In this document: positions 28,749 to 37,501 of the stretch, in pieces | Position numbering within the stretch: the stretch's first letter is position 1 | Layout: the number at the start of each line of letters is the position of its first letter | The notes under the pieces: model-generated | What the model saw: only the letters and a program-made list of their open reading frames with translations | Databases searched by the model: none | What the model was told of the DNA's origin: nothing | Made by a program: the position numbers and the translations under genes | Source of the DNA: an uncultured Methanosarcinales archaeon | GTDB taxonomy: Archaea; Nanobdellota; Nanobdellia; Woesearchaeales; DSVV01 | Assembly: GCA_964593285.1 (NCBI GenBank) | Contig: CAZQHZ010000001.1 | Span: forward strand, 2,124 to 66,123 | DNA: 64,000 nucleotides | Reading direction: 5' to 3'

Positions 28749-30554
28749 TTAATAAGAAATTAAAACTTCAGCATCTTTTCCAAATATTTTTTTAATATCA
28801 TCAAATGTCTCTTGTTTAAGTGTTATTTTTTGTGGTGTTTTTATTTCTTTTATTTTTTCTAAAAATTCTTCAATTTTTATTTCTTTAGGATTTTCAAGTT
28901 TTCCTGTTTTTGTTAATTTTGCTTTTAAAATTCCTTCTTTTTGGTTTTCAACATCTTTTATAACATATGCATTTTTTTCAATTAAAACAATTTCACCAAA
29001 TTTTTCACCATGTTTTATTTTAATTTTTGATCTTTCATAATTAATTGAATCTGTTCTTTGCATATGTTCAACTAAAAATTTCATGTATTCAATACCTTGT
29101 TTTTTTGCTTTTTGTACTTCTGTTTTTGTAATTTTATCTTTATCAAAAGCTTTTTTTGCATTTATTACGTCTTTTAGCATTCGCAGGTATTTTCTTGGAA
29201 TTTTTCCTTTGCATATAAGTTCATTATTAAATTCATCAAGTATTTTTTGTTCAGAAATTTTTGTAGTATTACAATGTTTTTTAATAGCATCGGTAGTTAT
29301 AGTAATTACATCATCATATATATCTTTTATTCCTTCCTTTTCTGTTTTTCCTTGGATTTGCTCAAATAATTTTTCAATCCTCTTTAAATATTTTTGAGCA
29401 TCACTAACCATTTGATCAATTTTTTTACCTGAAATACTTTCAAGGGTTCCATGTTCTAATTCTTTTCGAACATTTATAACATCACTTAAAATTTTTACAT
29501 ATTTTTCTTCAAATATTTTTTCTTTTTTTACAAATATCTCTTTCATTAATTTTGCTGTTTCTCTTGGTGCTGGTGGTGGAAGACCATATAACATTAATGC
29601 CGCTTGACTTGGCGATAAAATTGCATAAAAAATATCTTCCATTCCAATTTCTTTAATTTTATGATCTATTCTTTTTAAAATTTGGTCACCAGATGTCATA
29701 AACATATCTATTGCTTCTTTTGAAGGTTTTATTTTACCCATGTTTAATAATTGTTTCCAAGGCATGAAAATTCCTCTATCATATAAAGGAATTCCATCTC
29801 TAAGTAGTGTGAAAATAACTGGATTTGCTTCTTTTAAATTATCCCAAAAGTCTGTTAAAATATAAACTTGAATATTTAATTTATTTAAAATACCTGTAAT
29901 TGATCCAGCTTCCATTCCCATTCCAATAATTATTGCACGAAGTTTATCTTTTAATTCACCTCGTGTCATCTTTTTAACGTCTGTATCATCGATAATGATC
30001 ATAACATCAACATCAGAAGTTTCTGTAGCTTCTCCTCTAACTAAACTTCCAGTTAAAACATAACTAATGATATATTTTTCAAATTTTTTTAAGACCATTG
30101 ATTTGTGGATTTCTGAAATTTTTATTCCACCAAGTAATCCTTTATCATAAATTGGTGCAGAAATTGCAATCATTTGTAATATCTCGTATTTAGAATCATA
30201 ACAACTTTGCCATAATTCTGAATGAATTAATACTTGTGGTTGAATATTTTTATCAGTTTTATGTGATATTTTTTTAACAACTTTTTCAATATTTTCTTTT
30301 AATTCTTCTTTTGATAATTTTTGACTATCTGAATCATCAAACAATAAAAGAACATTAATTTGATCTTTATTTACTTCTTGATTGTCTTCTGGTTTTGGTG
30401 GTGGAAGTAGCGCGACACCTGTCAAATAATCTTCAAATTTTTTTAATAAATCATCTTTAAATTTTTCAAGTGTTTTTTTTATTTTTTCAAGTTTTTTTTT
30501 TGCATCATCTGATAAATTTTCTAAATTAACATTTTGTTCATTTTCATTATCCAT
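28749..30554 (-). CDS. Large nucleotidyltransferase-fold protein of unknown function (N-terminal coiled coil, pol-beta-type NTase core, long helical C-terminal region)
   Basis: 601 aa; NTase motif YVLTGSLVRGEATETSDVDVMIIIDD; ~170-aa acidic/coiled-coil N-terminus; C-terminal ~300 aa helical with a possible small beta domain at the end; no specific family assignable by eye. Confidence 0.45.
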   Translation of the reverse strand: MDNENEQNVNLENLSDDAKKKLEKIKKTLEKFKDDLLKKFEDYLTGVALLPPPKPEDNQEVNKDQINVLLLFDDSDSQKLSKEELKENIEKVVKKISHKTDKNIQPQVLIHSELWQSCYDSKYEILQMIAISAPIYDKGLLGGIKISEIHKSMVLKKFEKYIISYVLTGSLVRGEATETSDVDVMIIIDDTDVKKMTRGELKDKLRAIIIGMGMEAGSITGILNKLNIQVYILTDFWDNLKEANPVIFTLLRDGIPLYDRGIFMPWKQLLNMGKIKPSKEAIDMFMTSGDQILKRIDHKIKEIGMEDIFYAILSPSQAALMLYGLPPPAPRETAKLMKEIFVKKEKIFEEKYVKILSDVINVRKELEHGTLESISGKKIDQMVSDAQKYLKRIEKLFEQIQGKTEKEGIKDIYDDVITITTDAIKKHCNTTKISEQKILDEFNNELICKGKIPRKYLRMLKDVINAKKAFDKDKITKTEVQKAKKQGIEYMKFLVEHMQRTDSINYERSKIKIKHGEKFGEIVLIEKNAYVIKDVENQKEGILKAKLTKTGKLENPKEIKIEEFLEKIKEIKTPQKITLKQETFDDIKKIFGKDAEVLISY

Positions 30555-30710
30555 TTTTTCACCACATAAATTTTTAAATATATAAATATCTTATTAAACA
30601 ATCATTTATATAATTTTTGTCTTTTTGATTAAAAATTTTTGTTACTACTTCAAAAAAATATATGTTTTTTGATAATATTTAAATATTTATTAAATTATAA
30701 TATATAAAAA

Positions 30711-31823
30711 ATGGAAAATTCAAATTATAATCATTTAAGTAATGCACCTGATTTTATTAAAAATTATTCTAACAAGCAAGAAAAAATCGAAAAAATATTA
30801 TCATCTAGGAATTTAATTCACAAAGAAGCAATTTATTCAGGTATATCTCATTTAAGAGATAAAGATGGATACATAAATTTACAAAATAAAAATAAAGATG
30901 ATGTTTTAAGTAAATATGTAGATTCAATGATAAAAACTTATACGAAGCATGCAAAAGAAGAATTAGGTGTTGATGATTCAAATTTTGCATTAAAATTTTA
31001 TACTGGAAAGGATAGTGGTGATATAAAAGAAATATTAAAAAAATCTCATTTTAATTTTGATCACATTATTCAACTTTATTCTCAAGAAATCCATGGGCAC
31101 ACAGAGAAAACAAAAAATGATCTTCAAAAAGCTTCAAGACATGGAATAAAAGAAGAGCATTTAGATGAAATTGTCAATTTTTTAGATAGTAAAACAGATC
31201 TTAAAAAATTTATTAATTATAAAGTTTTAGATTATGAAAATACATTAAAGTTGTTGGATATTTATATAGCTAAGGAAAAATTAAATCCTGAAATAATTGG
31301 TCAGTTTTATAATCATATACCTTATTTTATGGATCCAAATTGCACTAAACAAAATGGAAATGCTTCAACAGATTATTTAAAAAATGAATTAAAAGAACAA
31401 ACAAACAAAAATGACGAGTTAAATGAACAAAAAATTATTAATGGAATTTTAAACAAACAAATTACTCCTGAAGATTTAGTTGCATATGCAGATGAAAATC
31501 TAGATGCTCAAAAAAAAATAGATAATGCTTTAAAATTTATGCATGAAAATAAAACAATGCCCTCTGATTTTAACAATAAATTACGAAAAATTTTGGAACA
31601 AAAACATGAAAAAGAAAATCCTACAAATGAAAATTTAAATGAAGAGTTATTTAATAAAGTAAAAGAACTTGTAGATAAAAATAATTTAAGTCAAGACCAA
31701 GTAATTGAAGTGTTAAAAACGAATAATGTTGCAAGTGATGTTGGTACTAATATTTTACAAAGACTTAATGCAGAAGGTTATTTTAATAAAAACGATCAAA
31801 ATTTAGATGAAATTGTGAATTAG
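30711..31823 (+). CDS. Hypothetical acidic protein
   Basis: 370-aa ORF, hydrophilic, N/K/E-rich, no recognisable motif. Confidence 0.35.
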   Translation: MENSNYNHLSNAPDFIKNYSNKQEKIEKILSSRNLIHKEAIYSGISHLRDKDGYINLQNKNKDDVLSKYVDSMIKTYTKHAKEELGVDDSNFALKFYTGKDSGDIKEILKKSHFNFDHIIQLYSQEIHGHTEKTKNDLQKASRHGIKEEHLDEIVNFLDSKTDLKKFINYKVLDYENTLKLLDIYIAKEKLNPEIIGQFYNHIPYFMDPNCTKQNGNASTDYLKNELKEQTNKNDELNEQKIINGILNKQITPEDLVAYADENLDAQKKIDNALKFMHENKTMPSDFNNKLRKILEQKHEKENPTNENLNEELFNKVKELVDKNNLSQDQVIEVLKTNNVASDVGTNILQRLNAEGYFNKNDQNLDEIVN

Positions 31824-31870
31824 AAAATGAATAATTTTTTATATTAATTATGCATTTAAAAAATTAAATA

Positions 31871-32347
31871 ATGAATAAAAAACAACTTAGAAAATCAGAA
31901 ATTAAAGAATTAAATGATTTGATTAATTCTAATTATTCTTCTTTTTTTAATTTTAATAAAAAAGATAATGTAGAAGTTGTAAAAACTGATGATTTTAAAT
32001 TAGTTTTATTAGATAATGAAGTTGTTTTTTTATATTATAATGATTTAATAATTCCTTCATTAAAATTTATTTTAAAAAATAATAATTTGCCAATTAAAAG
32101 AATTGCTGTTGATATGGGTGCTGTAAAATTTGTTACATCTGGTGCTGATATTATGAGACCAGGAATTGTTGATATTGATGATGGTATTAATGAAAAAGAT
32201 ATTGTAATAGTAGTTGATGAAAATAATAAAAAGCCTTTGGCTGTTTGTTTGGCTTTATTTAATTCTGATAAATTAAAAGAAATGACTACTGGGAAAGTTT
32301 TAAAAAATATTCATTATGTTGGAGATAAAATCTGGAATTATGAATAA
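31871..32347 (+). CDS. PUA-domain RNA-binding protein
   Basis: 158 aa; C-terminal PUA signature ...IAVDMGAVKFVTSGADIMRPGIVDIDDGINEKDIVIVVDENNKKPLAVCLALF... Confidence 0.65.
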   Translation: MNKKQLRKSEIKELNDLINSNYSSFFNFNKKDNVEVVKTDDFKLVLLDNEVVFLYYNDLIIPSLKFILKNNNLPIKRIAVDMGAVKFVTSGADIMRPGIVDIDDGINEKDIVIVVDENNKKPLAVCLALFNSDKLKEMTTGKVLKNIHYVGDKIWNYE

Positions 32348-32350
32348 AAT

Positions 32351-33055
32351 TTATATTTTGCCATATGCTAAATAAAAGTATGATAAATCACTTTTTTTAA
32401 CTAATTTAATTTTAACATCTCTAAAAAATTGACTTAAAATAATTTTTAACTCATTCTTTGAAAAATAATAGTGAGGCACCATATATTCAAAATCTTTTGA
32501 TAGATAATAAAATAAATGTGGTTGTGATTTATCTTGCTTTAACCATGATTTAAATTTTTTACCACCAGAATATACCCAAAAATAATGTAATTTTTTATTT
32601 TTATCAAAATAAATATCTTCATAGCGAAGAAATGTTGCAAAAAACATTCCATCTTTTTTTAAAATTCTTTTAATTTCACTTAAGGTAAGCATAATTTGTT
32701 CAAGTCTTCCATGAAATATTGCTTGAAAACAAATAATAAAATCAAAATATTTATTATTATAAGGAAATTTATTGTACATATTAGCTTTTTTAATAGAAGC
32801 TTTAAGACTATTTTTTTTTAAATTTTCTTTTGTAGCTTTTATTGCTTCATTTGTAAAATCAAATGATGAAGCATTAAAACCTAATTTAATTAATGGAATT
32901 GTTGAGCCAAGACCATTACCACATCCAACATCTAAAAAATTTTTAAAATTATTTTTTTAAATATCATATAAACAATAATTAACAAAATCTGAAACCATGA
33001 TGTTTTTCTTGGTTGGATATTTTTTCCATACATTAGAAAAATTTATTTTAGCCAT
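32351..33055 (-). pseudogene. Class I SAM-dependent methyltransferase gene interrupted by an in-frame TAA
   Basis: Minus-strand frame reads MAKINFSNVWKKYPTKKNIMVSDFVNYCLYDI-TAA(32957..32959)-KNNFKNFLDVGCGNGLGSTIPLIKLGFNASSFDFTNEAIKATKENLKK...MYNKFPYNNKYFDFIICFQAIFHGRLEQIM...LKKDGMFFATF... Motif I (LDVGCGNG) and post-II (LKKDGMF) sit on either side of the stop, in one frame. Confidence 0.6.
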
Positions 33056-33104
33056 TATTAAAATAATAATTAATTATTATAAATATTTTTGAAAATAAAA
33101 AAAT

Positions 33105-33407
33105 TTAAGATAGCATACACATGCAAGGTTTATATCCTTTGTTGTATGCTTGTTCTTTTGTTTTAAAATATATTTTATTTTTTGGCATGATATTTTTTGC
33201 AAAAGCACAAGTTTCTTTATGAACCTTTTTCCCAGTTTTTGATGAAATAATTTTATTTTTTGTAGTTACTTTTTTATTAGTTTTAACAGTTGGTTTGTTT
33301 AAATTGTTTATTTTTTCATTTAATGTTTTTATTTGACTTTTTAAACTTAAAATATCAAATTTAACTTTTTTAAAAGATTTTTTAACAGCATTTTTTGTTG
33401 TATACAT
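33105..33407 (-). CDS. Small Lys-rich protein with a C-terminal Ada-like zinc-binding motif
   Basis: 100 aa; N-terminal coiled-coil-like KxxK repeats; C-terminus ...HKETCAFAKNIMPKNKIYFKTKEQAYNKGYKPCMCM resembles the Ada metal-binding domain ending ...GyRPCkrC. Confidence 0.3.
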   Translation of the reverse strand: MYTTKNAVKKSFKKVKFDILSLKSQIKTLNEKINNLNKPTVKTNKKVTTKNKIISSKTGKKVHKETCAFAKNIMPKNKIYFKTKEQAYNKGYKPCMCMLS

Positions 33408-33519
33408 TTTAGCACCTCATAAGTATGTTTTGTTACTTGGTAGTACTAACTATTATTTAAATGTTACTTTTTTATATAGTTATAACTATAATTAAAAAAT
33501 TTATAGAAAAAATTTAAAA

Positions 33520-33777
33520 TTAGATAATATCTACTTTTTTAGAAATTGATTGTCCTGGCATTCCTCTTTCAAAAAGAACTCTTACAGCACCTTTATTTCC
33601 ATGTGCAAAAGTTATTTTTCCTTTGATTTCTTTGCCACCCTCGGTTGTGTATAAAACTTCTTTTCCAACTATTTGTGAAGTTTTCTCTTTACTATCAATA
33701 TTTTCAACCATTACAATCATTTGATTATCTTTTTGTCTTTTTACTGAAGATCTAAAATTCATTATTGTTCCTTTCAT
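33520..33777 (-). CDS. rpl35ae: Ribosomal protein L35Ae (eL33)
   Basis: MKGTIMNFRSSVKRQKDNQMIVMVENIDSKEKTSQIVGKEVLYTTEGGKEIKGKITFAHGNKGAVRVLFERGMPGQSISKKVDII is co-linear with archaeal L35Ae (...GKIVRVHGNSGAVRARFE.GLPGQALG..V). The listed ORF extends upstream; the real start is probably the MKGTIM Met at 33777. Confidence 0.85.
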   Translation of the reverse strand: MKGTIMNFRSSVKRQKDNQMIVMVENIDSKEKTSQIVGKEVLYTTEGGKEIKGKITFAHGNKGAVRVLFERGMPGQSISKKVDII

Positions 33778-33861
33778 GTTGCTTAGAAAAAATAAGCTAT
33801 TTAAATATTTATCGTTTTTATTTTTATAAATTACACAAAAGCAAAACATATTTATATTTAA

Positions 33862-34842
33862 TTGTTTCTTAAAATAAATATGCTTTTTAATAATAATGAG
33901 AAATATATAAAAAAACATTTAATAGATTATATAATATTTCAATTAAATCAAGGTTATGAATTTAATGATATTAAGACTATATTAATTAATTATGGATATT
34001 CTAGTTCTTTAATTAATGAAATAAAAAATGAAATTGATTTTAAAAATTTGAATATAAAAAAAAACAAAAATACATCAAAAACAAAATTATCAAAAGAAAT
34101 AAAACTTTATTTAGAAGAGCTAATTACTGATTTTATTTTAAAAGAATTAGAACAAGGATATAGTATTTCTGCTATAAAAAAAGCATTGATTAATTATGGG
34201 CATGATAAATATCTAATAGATGATATTGTTTTAAAAATGAATAATTCAAAACAAAATAAAAAAAATTTAATCACTGCAAAAGATTTATTGGATACTAGTA
34301 ATTTAAAATCTAATTTTAAAAAAACTTTTAAAAAAGAAAAAAAATTCAAATTTAAATTACCTTTGTTATTAAATTATTTTTTTTCAATAATTGCTATTTT
34401 GTTTATAATTTTTTTTTTAGTTATTAAAACAAATACTGAAATTTTTATTGTTTTTTTGAGTTTTCTGCCATCTATTTTAGCTATAACATTTTCTTATTTC
34501 ATATTTTTAAAAATAAAAAGTGAATCTAGTTTAAAAATCATACCTGTTTTTTCAGCATTAATTGCTATTTTCATTTTTGTTGGATTATTTTATTTGTTAA
34601 AAGATTTTTTTGTTTTATCAAATCCAGCAATTTTAATTATTTTAAATTTTATATTATCTTTAATTTTATCAACAGTTATTTGTTTTTTTAGTTTTATTGA
34701 AAATAAAAAAAATTGTAGTATAATAGAAAATAATCAATTTTCACTTGAAGATAAAAAAATATTTGATGATTTTGATAGAGAAGAAAAAAAATTAGAAAAT
34801 TTATTAAATAATGATAAATTTGAAAAAATTAAAAAAATATAA
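33862..34842 (+). CDS. Hypothetical membrane protein with an internally duplicated N-terminal soluble motif
   Basis: 326 aa; two copies of a ~30-aa unit (LNQGYEFNDIKTILINYGYSSSLINEI / LEQGYSISAIKKALINYGHDKYLIDDI) followed by ~4 TM helices. Confidence 0.4.
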   Translation: MFLKINMLFNNNEKYIKKHLIDYIIFQLNQGYEFNDIKTILINYGYSSSLINEIKNEIDFKNLNIKKNKNTSKTKLSKEIKLYLEELITDFILKELEQGYSISAIKKALINYGHDKYLIDDIVLKMNNSKQNKKNLITAKDLLDTSNLKSNFKKTFKKEKKFKFKLPLLLNYFFSIIAILFIIFFLVIKTNTEIFIVFLSFLPSILAITFSYFIFLKIKSESSLKIIPVFSALIAIFIFVGLFYLLKDFFVLSNPAILIILNFILSLILSTVICFFSFIENKKNCSIIENNQFSLEDKKIFDDFDREEKKLENLLNNDKFEKIKKI

Positions 34843-34844
34843 TT

Positions 34845-35645
34845 CTATTTTTGTTTATTTATTTTATATAACATTACAAATCCTATTATAATCATAATAA
34901 TACATAAAATTTGTCCCATTGTAAAATAATTTAATATATAACCTATTTGTTCATCGGGTTGTCTAATAAATTCTATTAAAAAGCGTAATGCTCCATAAAA
35001 AATTACAAATAGCCAAAAAATAATTCCATCTTTTAATTTTTTCTTGGTAGCTAAATAAAATAATGGAATAAAAATTAATATATTTTTTATTGATTCAAAA
35101 ATTTGCGAAGGAAATCTACATCCTTCAACATTATTAACATAACTACTTTTTGAATAATCTATACAAAAAATACCTTCATACATTCTACCATATAACTCTC
35201 CATTAATAAAATTACCAATTCTTCCAAGTGCTAATGCTAAAGTTAGTGGAATTATAGTAATATCTGCAAGCTTATAAAATTTAATTTTTTTTTTAACAGA
35301 AAAAATATATCCAAAAAAAACTGCTCCAATAAAACCACCATGAAAACTCATTCCACCTTGCCATATTTTTAAAATGGATAATGGGTCATTTAAAATTATC
35401 GAAGGATTATAAAAAATGAAATAAAATAATCTTGATCCAATAATCATTCCAAGTCCAAGATATAATAAATAATCTAAAATATCATCTTTTGTAAGTTTTA
35501 TATGTTTAACTTTTACCAAGTAATTCAATAAGAAATATGCAATGATAAAACCAATAATATAAAATAAACCATAATATCTAATTTCAAAACTACCAATATT
35601 TAATAATGTTGGATTAATATTGTGTGTAATATTATAAAAACTCAT
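34845..35645 (-). CDS. lgt: Prolipoprotein diacylglyceryl transferase (Lgt)
   Basis: 266 aa, polytopic; exact Lgt signature LGRIGNFINGELYGR (PROSITE G-R-x-[GA]-N-F-x-N-x-E-x2-G) plus an upstream ...GGMSFHGGFIG... segment. Confidence 0.8.
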   Translation of the reverse strand: MSFYNITHNINPTLLNIGSFEIRYYGLFYIIGFIIAYFLLNYLVKVKHIKLTKDDILDYLLYLGLGMIIGSRLFYFIFYNPSIILNDPLSILKIWQGGMSFHGGFIGAVFFGYIFSVKKKIKFYKLADITIIPLTLALALGRIGNFINGELYGRMYEGIFCIDYSKSSYVNNVEGCRFPSQIFESIKNILIFIPLFYLATKKKLKDGIIFWLFVIFYGALRFLIEFIRQPDEQIGYILNYFTMGQILCIIMIIIGFVMLYKINKQK

Positions 35646-35752
35646 TTTATATTAAAAATGTAACTAGTATTTATATTTTACAGAATTTTTTTATTATTTA
35701 ATAATGATTAAATTAAAAAATTTTTTAAATGCTTCTTATTTACTAGAAAAAT

Positions 35753-37492
35753 TTGAGGGTTTTTGAAATGGTTTTAAATGGTTTAAAAGAACAAACAAAA
35801 AGTTTTCGTGAAAAAATGAAAAATTACAACAATGTAATTATAGCATCTCATAAAAAGCCAGATGCGGATTCATTATTTTCGGTAAATTTTCTTGAAAAAA
35901 TATCTAAATTTTTTAATGAAAATTTAAATATTTATCCTGTTTTAAATGTTTCTGATGCCCCCTTAGATTGCTCTGAATTGATAAAAAAATATAATATAAG
36001 TTATTTTGATTCAGCAAATATTTTTGAAGATGATATAAATTCTATTGATGCAATAATTATTGCAGACACGCAATTTAATGAACGACTTTCTTTGCCAAAT
36101 TTTAAAAAACAAGATTCAAATGAAATAATTAATTTATATGATTATATTATAAATAATAAAAAAAAAATTGTTGATATTATCTGTCGAGACCACCATCTTA
36201 AAAATACAAACATAAAATATACATCTTCAATTATTGATTCAGCGTACAATTCAACAGCATCTCTTCTTTTAAAGGAATTTTTAGATACAAATTTTGTTAA
36301 AGAAGATTTAATTCAAGATGAGTTATTGTGCACTTTAGGTTATCAAGCACTTAGAGTTGATACTAGAAAATTTAAAAATATGGCTGAAGATGATGAGAAT
36401 GCAAGAAAAATATTTGGTTCTGGAAATTTAAATTCAAGATTTATCTATGAAATAAATAATCCTAAATTAGATGATGAAACTGCCGATTTATTTGGAATTA
36501 TGCATATGAAAAAAGCTAGAATGCATTATGCAGATTTAGTTACTTTTTGTTATTTAGGTGTAATTGAGCCAACACAAACAGATATTTTAGGTCAAGTTGC
36601 AGATAGTATGTTTAGATTTAAATCAACAAAAAACATCGCAATGGCATCTGCAGTAATAAAGCAAGATGATGACGACCAATATAAATTAGCAATGAGTATT
36701 AGATCAGAAGAGCCTGGGCAAAAAGTAAATGCAACAAAAGTTTCTAATTTATTTAATGGTAATGGTGATGAAAATAAAGCTGGTGCACAATTAGACCTAG
36801 GAATTTTTAAATATAGCGTTAAACATCCTGATTTTGAATCACTAATAAACGAAGAAATAGGTCAAACTATTGTTGGTTCAAAATTGTCAAATTTAGATGA
36901 AGATAAAAAACCAAATCCAACAATTTATGAAGATTCAAAAAAATTAGAAGAAATTATAGGTGCAGGCATGAATGAGCGTGATATTTCTCTTGATTTTGAT
37001 GTTTTATCAAAAATTAGATATACAGAACTTAGATCTAATAATAAATATTTAACTTTATCTGTAAATTTACACAAAGAGCCATTTGATAAAGCAGATATTA
37101 TTTCAGAAAATCAAATTCCATGTATTCTTGAAATAAATAGACAAATAGTTAATAGGTGGGGTACTAAAATTTATAGTGATGTTAATGCAAATTTAATTTT
37201 TGCATTAATTAATAAACCAGTTCAACCATATTTGTTTGGTATTTATTGTAGGGATAAAAAAGATGAGAAAAACGAAAAAGAAACAAGATTAATAAATGAT
37301 TTATTCGGTCCAATTATTACTGAGCAATATGACCATGTTGATAAAATAAATAATAAAGAATATTTATTAACTTTAGTTAAATCACCTATATTAAAATTAA
37401 ACTATACAGACCAAAGTTCTTTATTAATGAAATCTTTAGATTATGAAATGAAAGTTAGAACTGATAAAGCGATTGGTTCAAAAGAAATATAA
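35753..37492 (+). CDS. DHH-superfamily phosphoesterase (RecJ/Cdc45/GAN-like)
   Basis: 579 aa; motif I IIASHKKPDADSLFS, DHH motif ICRDHHLKNTN; the C-terminal half is divergent with no clean DHHA1 GGGH. Confidence 0.5.
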   Translation: MRVFEMVLNGLKEQTKSFREKMKNYNNVIIASHKKPDADSLFSVNFLEKISKFFNENLNIYPVLNVSDAPLDCSELIKKYNISYFDSANIFEDDINSIDAIIIADTQFNERLSLPNFKKQDSNEIINLYDYIINNKKKIVDIICRDHHLKNTNIKYTSSIIDSAYNSTASLLLKEFLDTNFVKEDLIQDELLCTLGYQALRVDTRKFKNMAEDDENARKIFGSGNLNSRFIYEINNPKLDDETADLFGIMHMKKARMHYADLVTFCYLGVIEPTQTDILGQVADSMFRFKSTKNIAMASAVIKQDDDDQYKLAMSIRSEEPGQKVNATKVSNLFNGNGDENKAGAQLDLGIFKYSVKHPDFESLINEEIGQTIVGSKLSNLDEDKKPNPTIYEDSKKLEEIIGAGMNERDISLDFDVLSKIRYTELRSNNKYLTLSVNLHKEPFDKADIISENQIPCILEINRQIVNRWGTKIYSDVNANLIFALINKPVQPYLFGIYCRDKKDEKNEKETRLINDLFGPIITEQYDHVDKINNKEYLLTLVKSPILKLNYTDQSSLLMKSLDYEMKVRTDKAIGSKEI

Positions 37493-37501
37493 AAAAAATA
37501 T

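Noticed and set aside
28233-29397. Plus-strand ORFs 28233..28658 and 29083..29397 opposite the methyltransferase and NTase genes
   Set aside because: Antisense to genes with clear motifs (LDVGCGTG; GSLVRGEATETSDVDV); translations are F/I/S-rich and low-complexity.
32957-32959. Stop-codon reassignment (TAA as sense) as the explanation for the in-frame TAA in the methyltransferase
   Set aside because: Essentially all other genes in the window terminate cleanly at TAA (plus TAG/TGA) with conserved C-termini, so a code change is implausible; a pseudogene or sequencing error is more likely.
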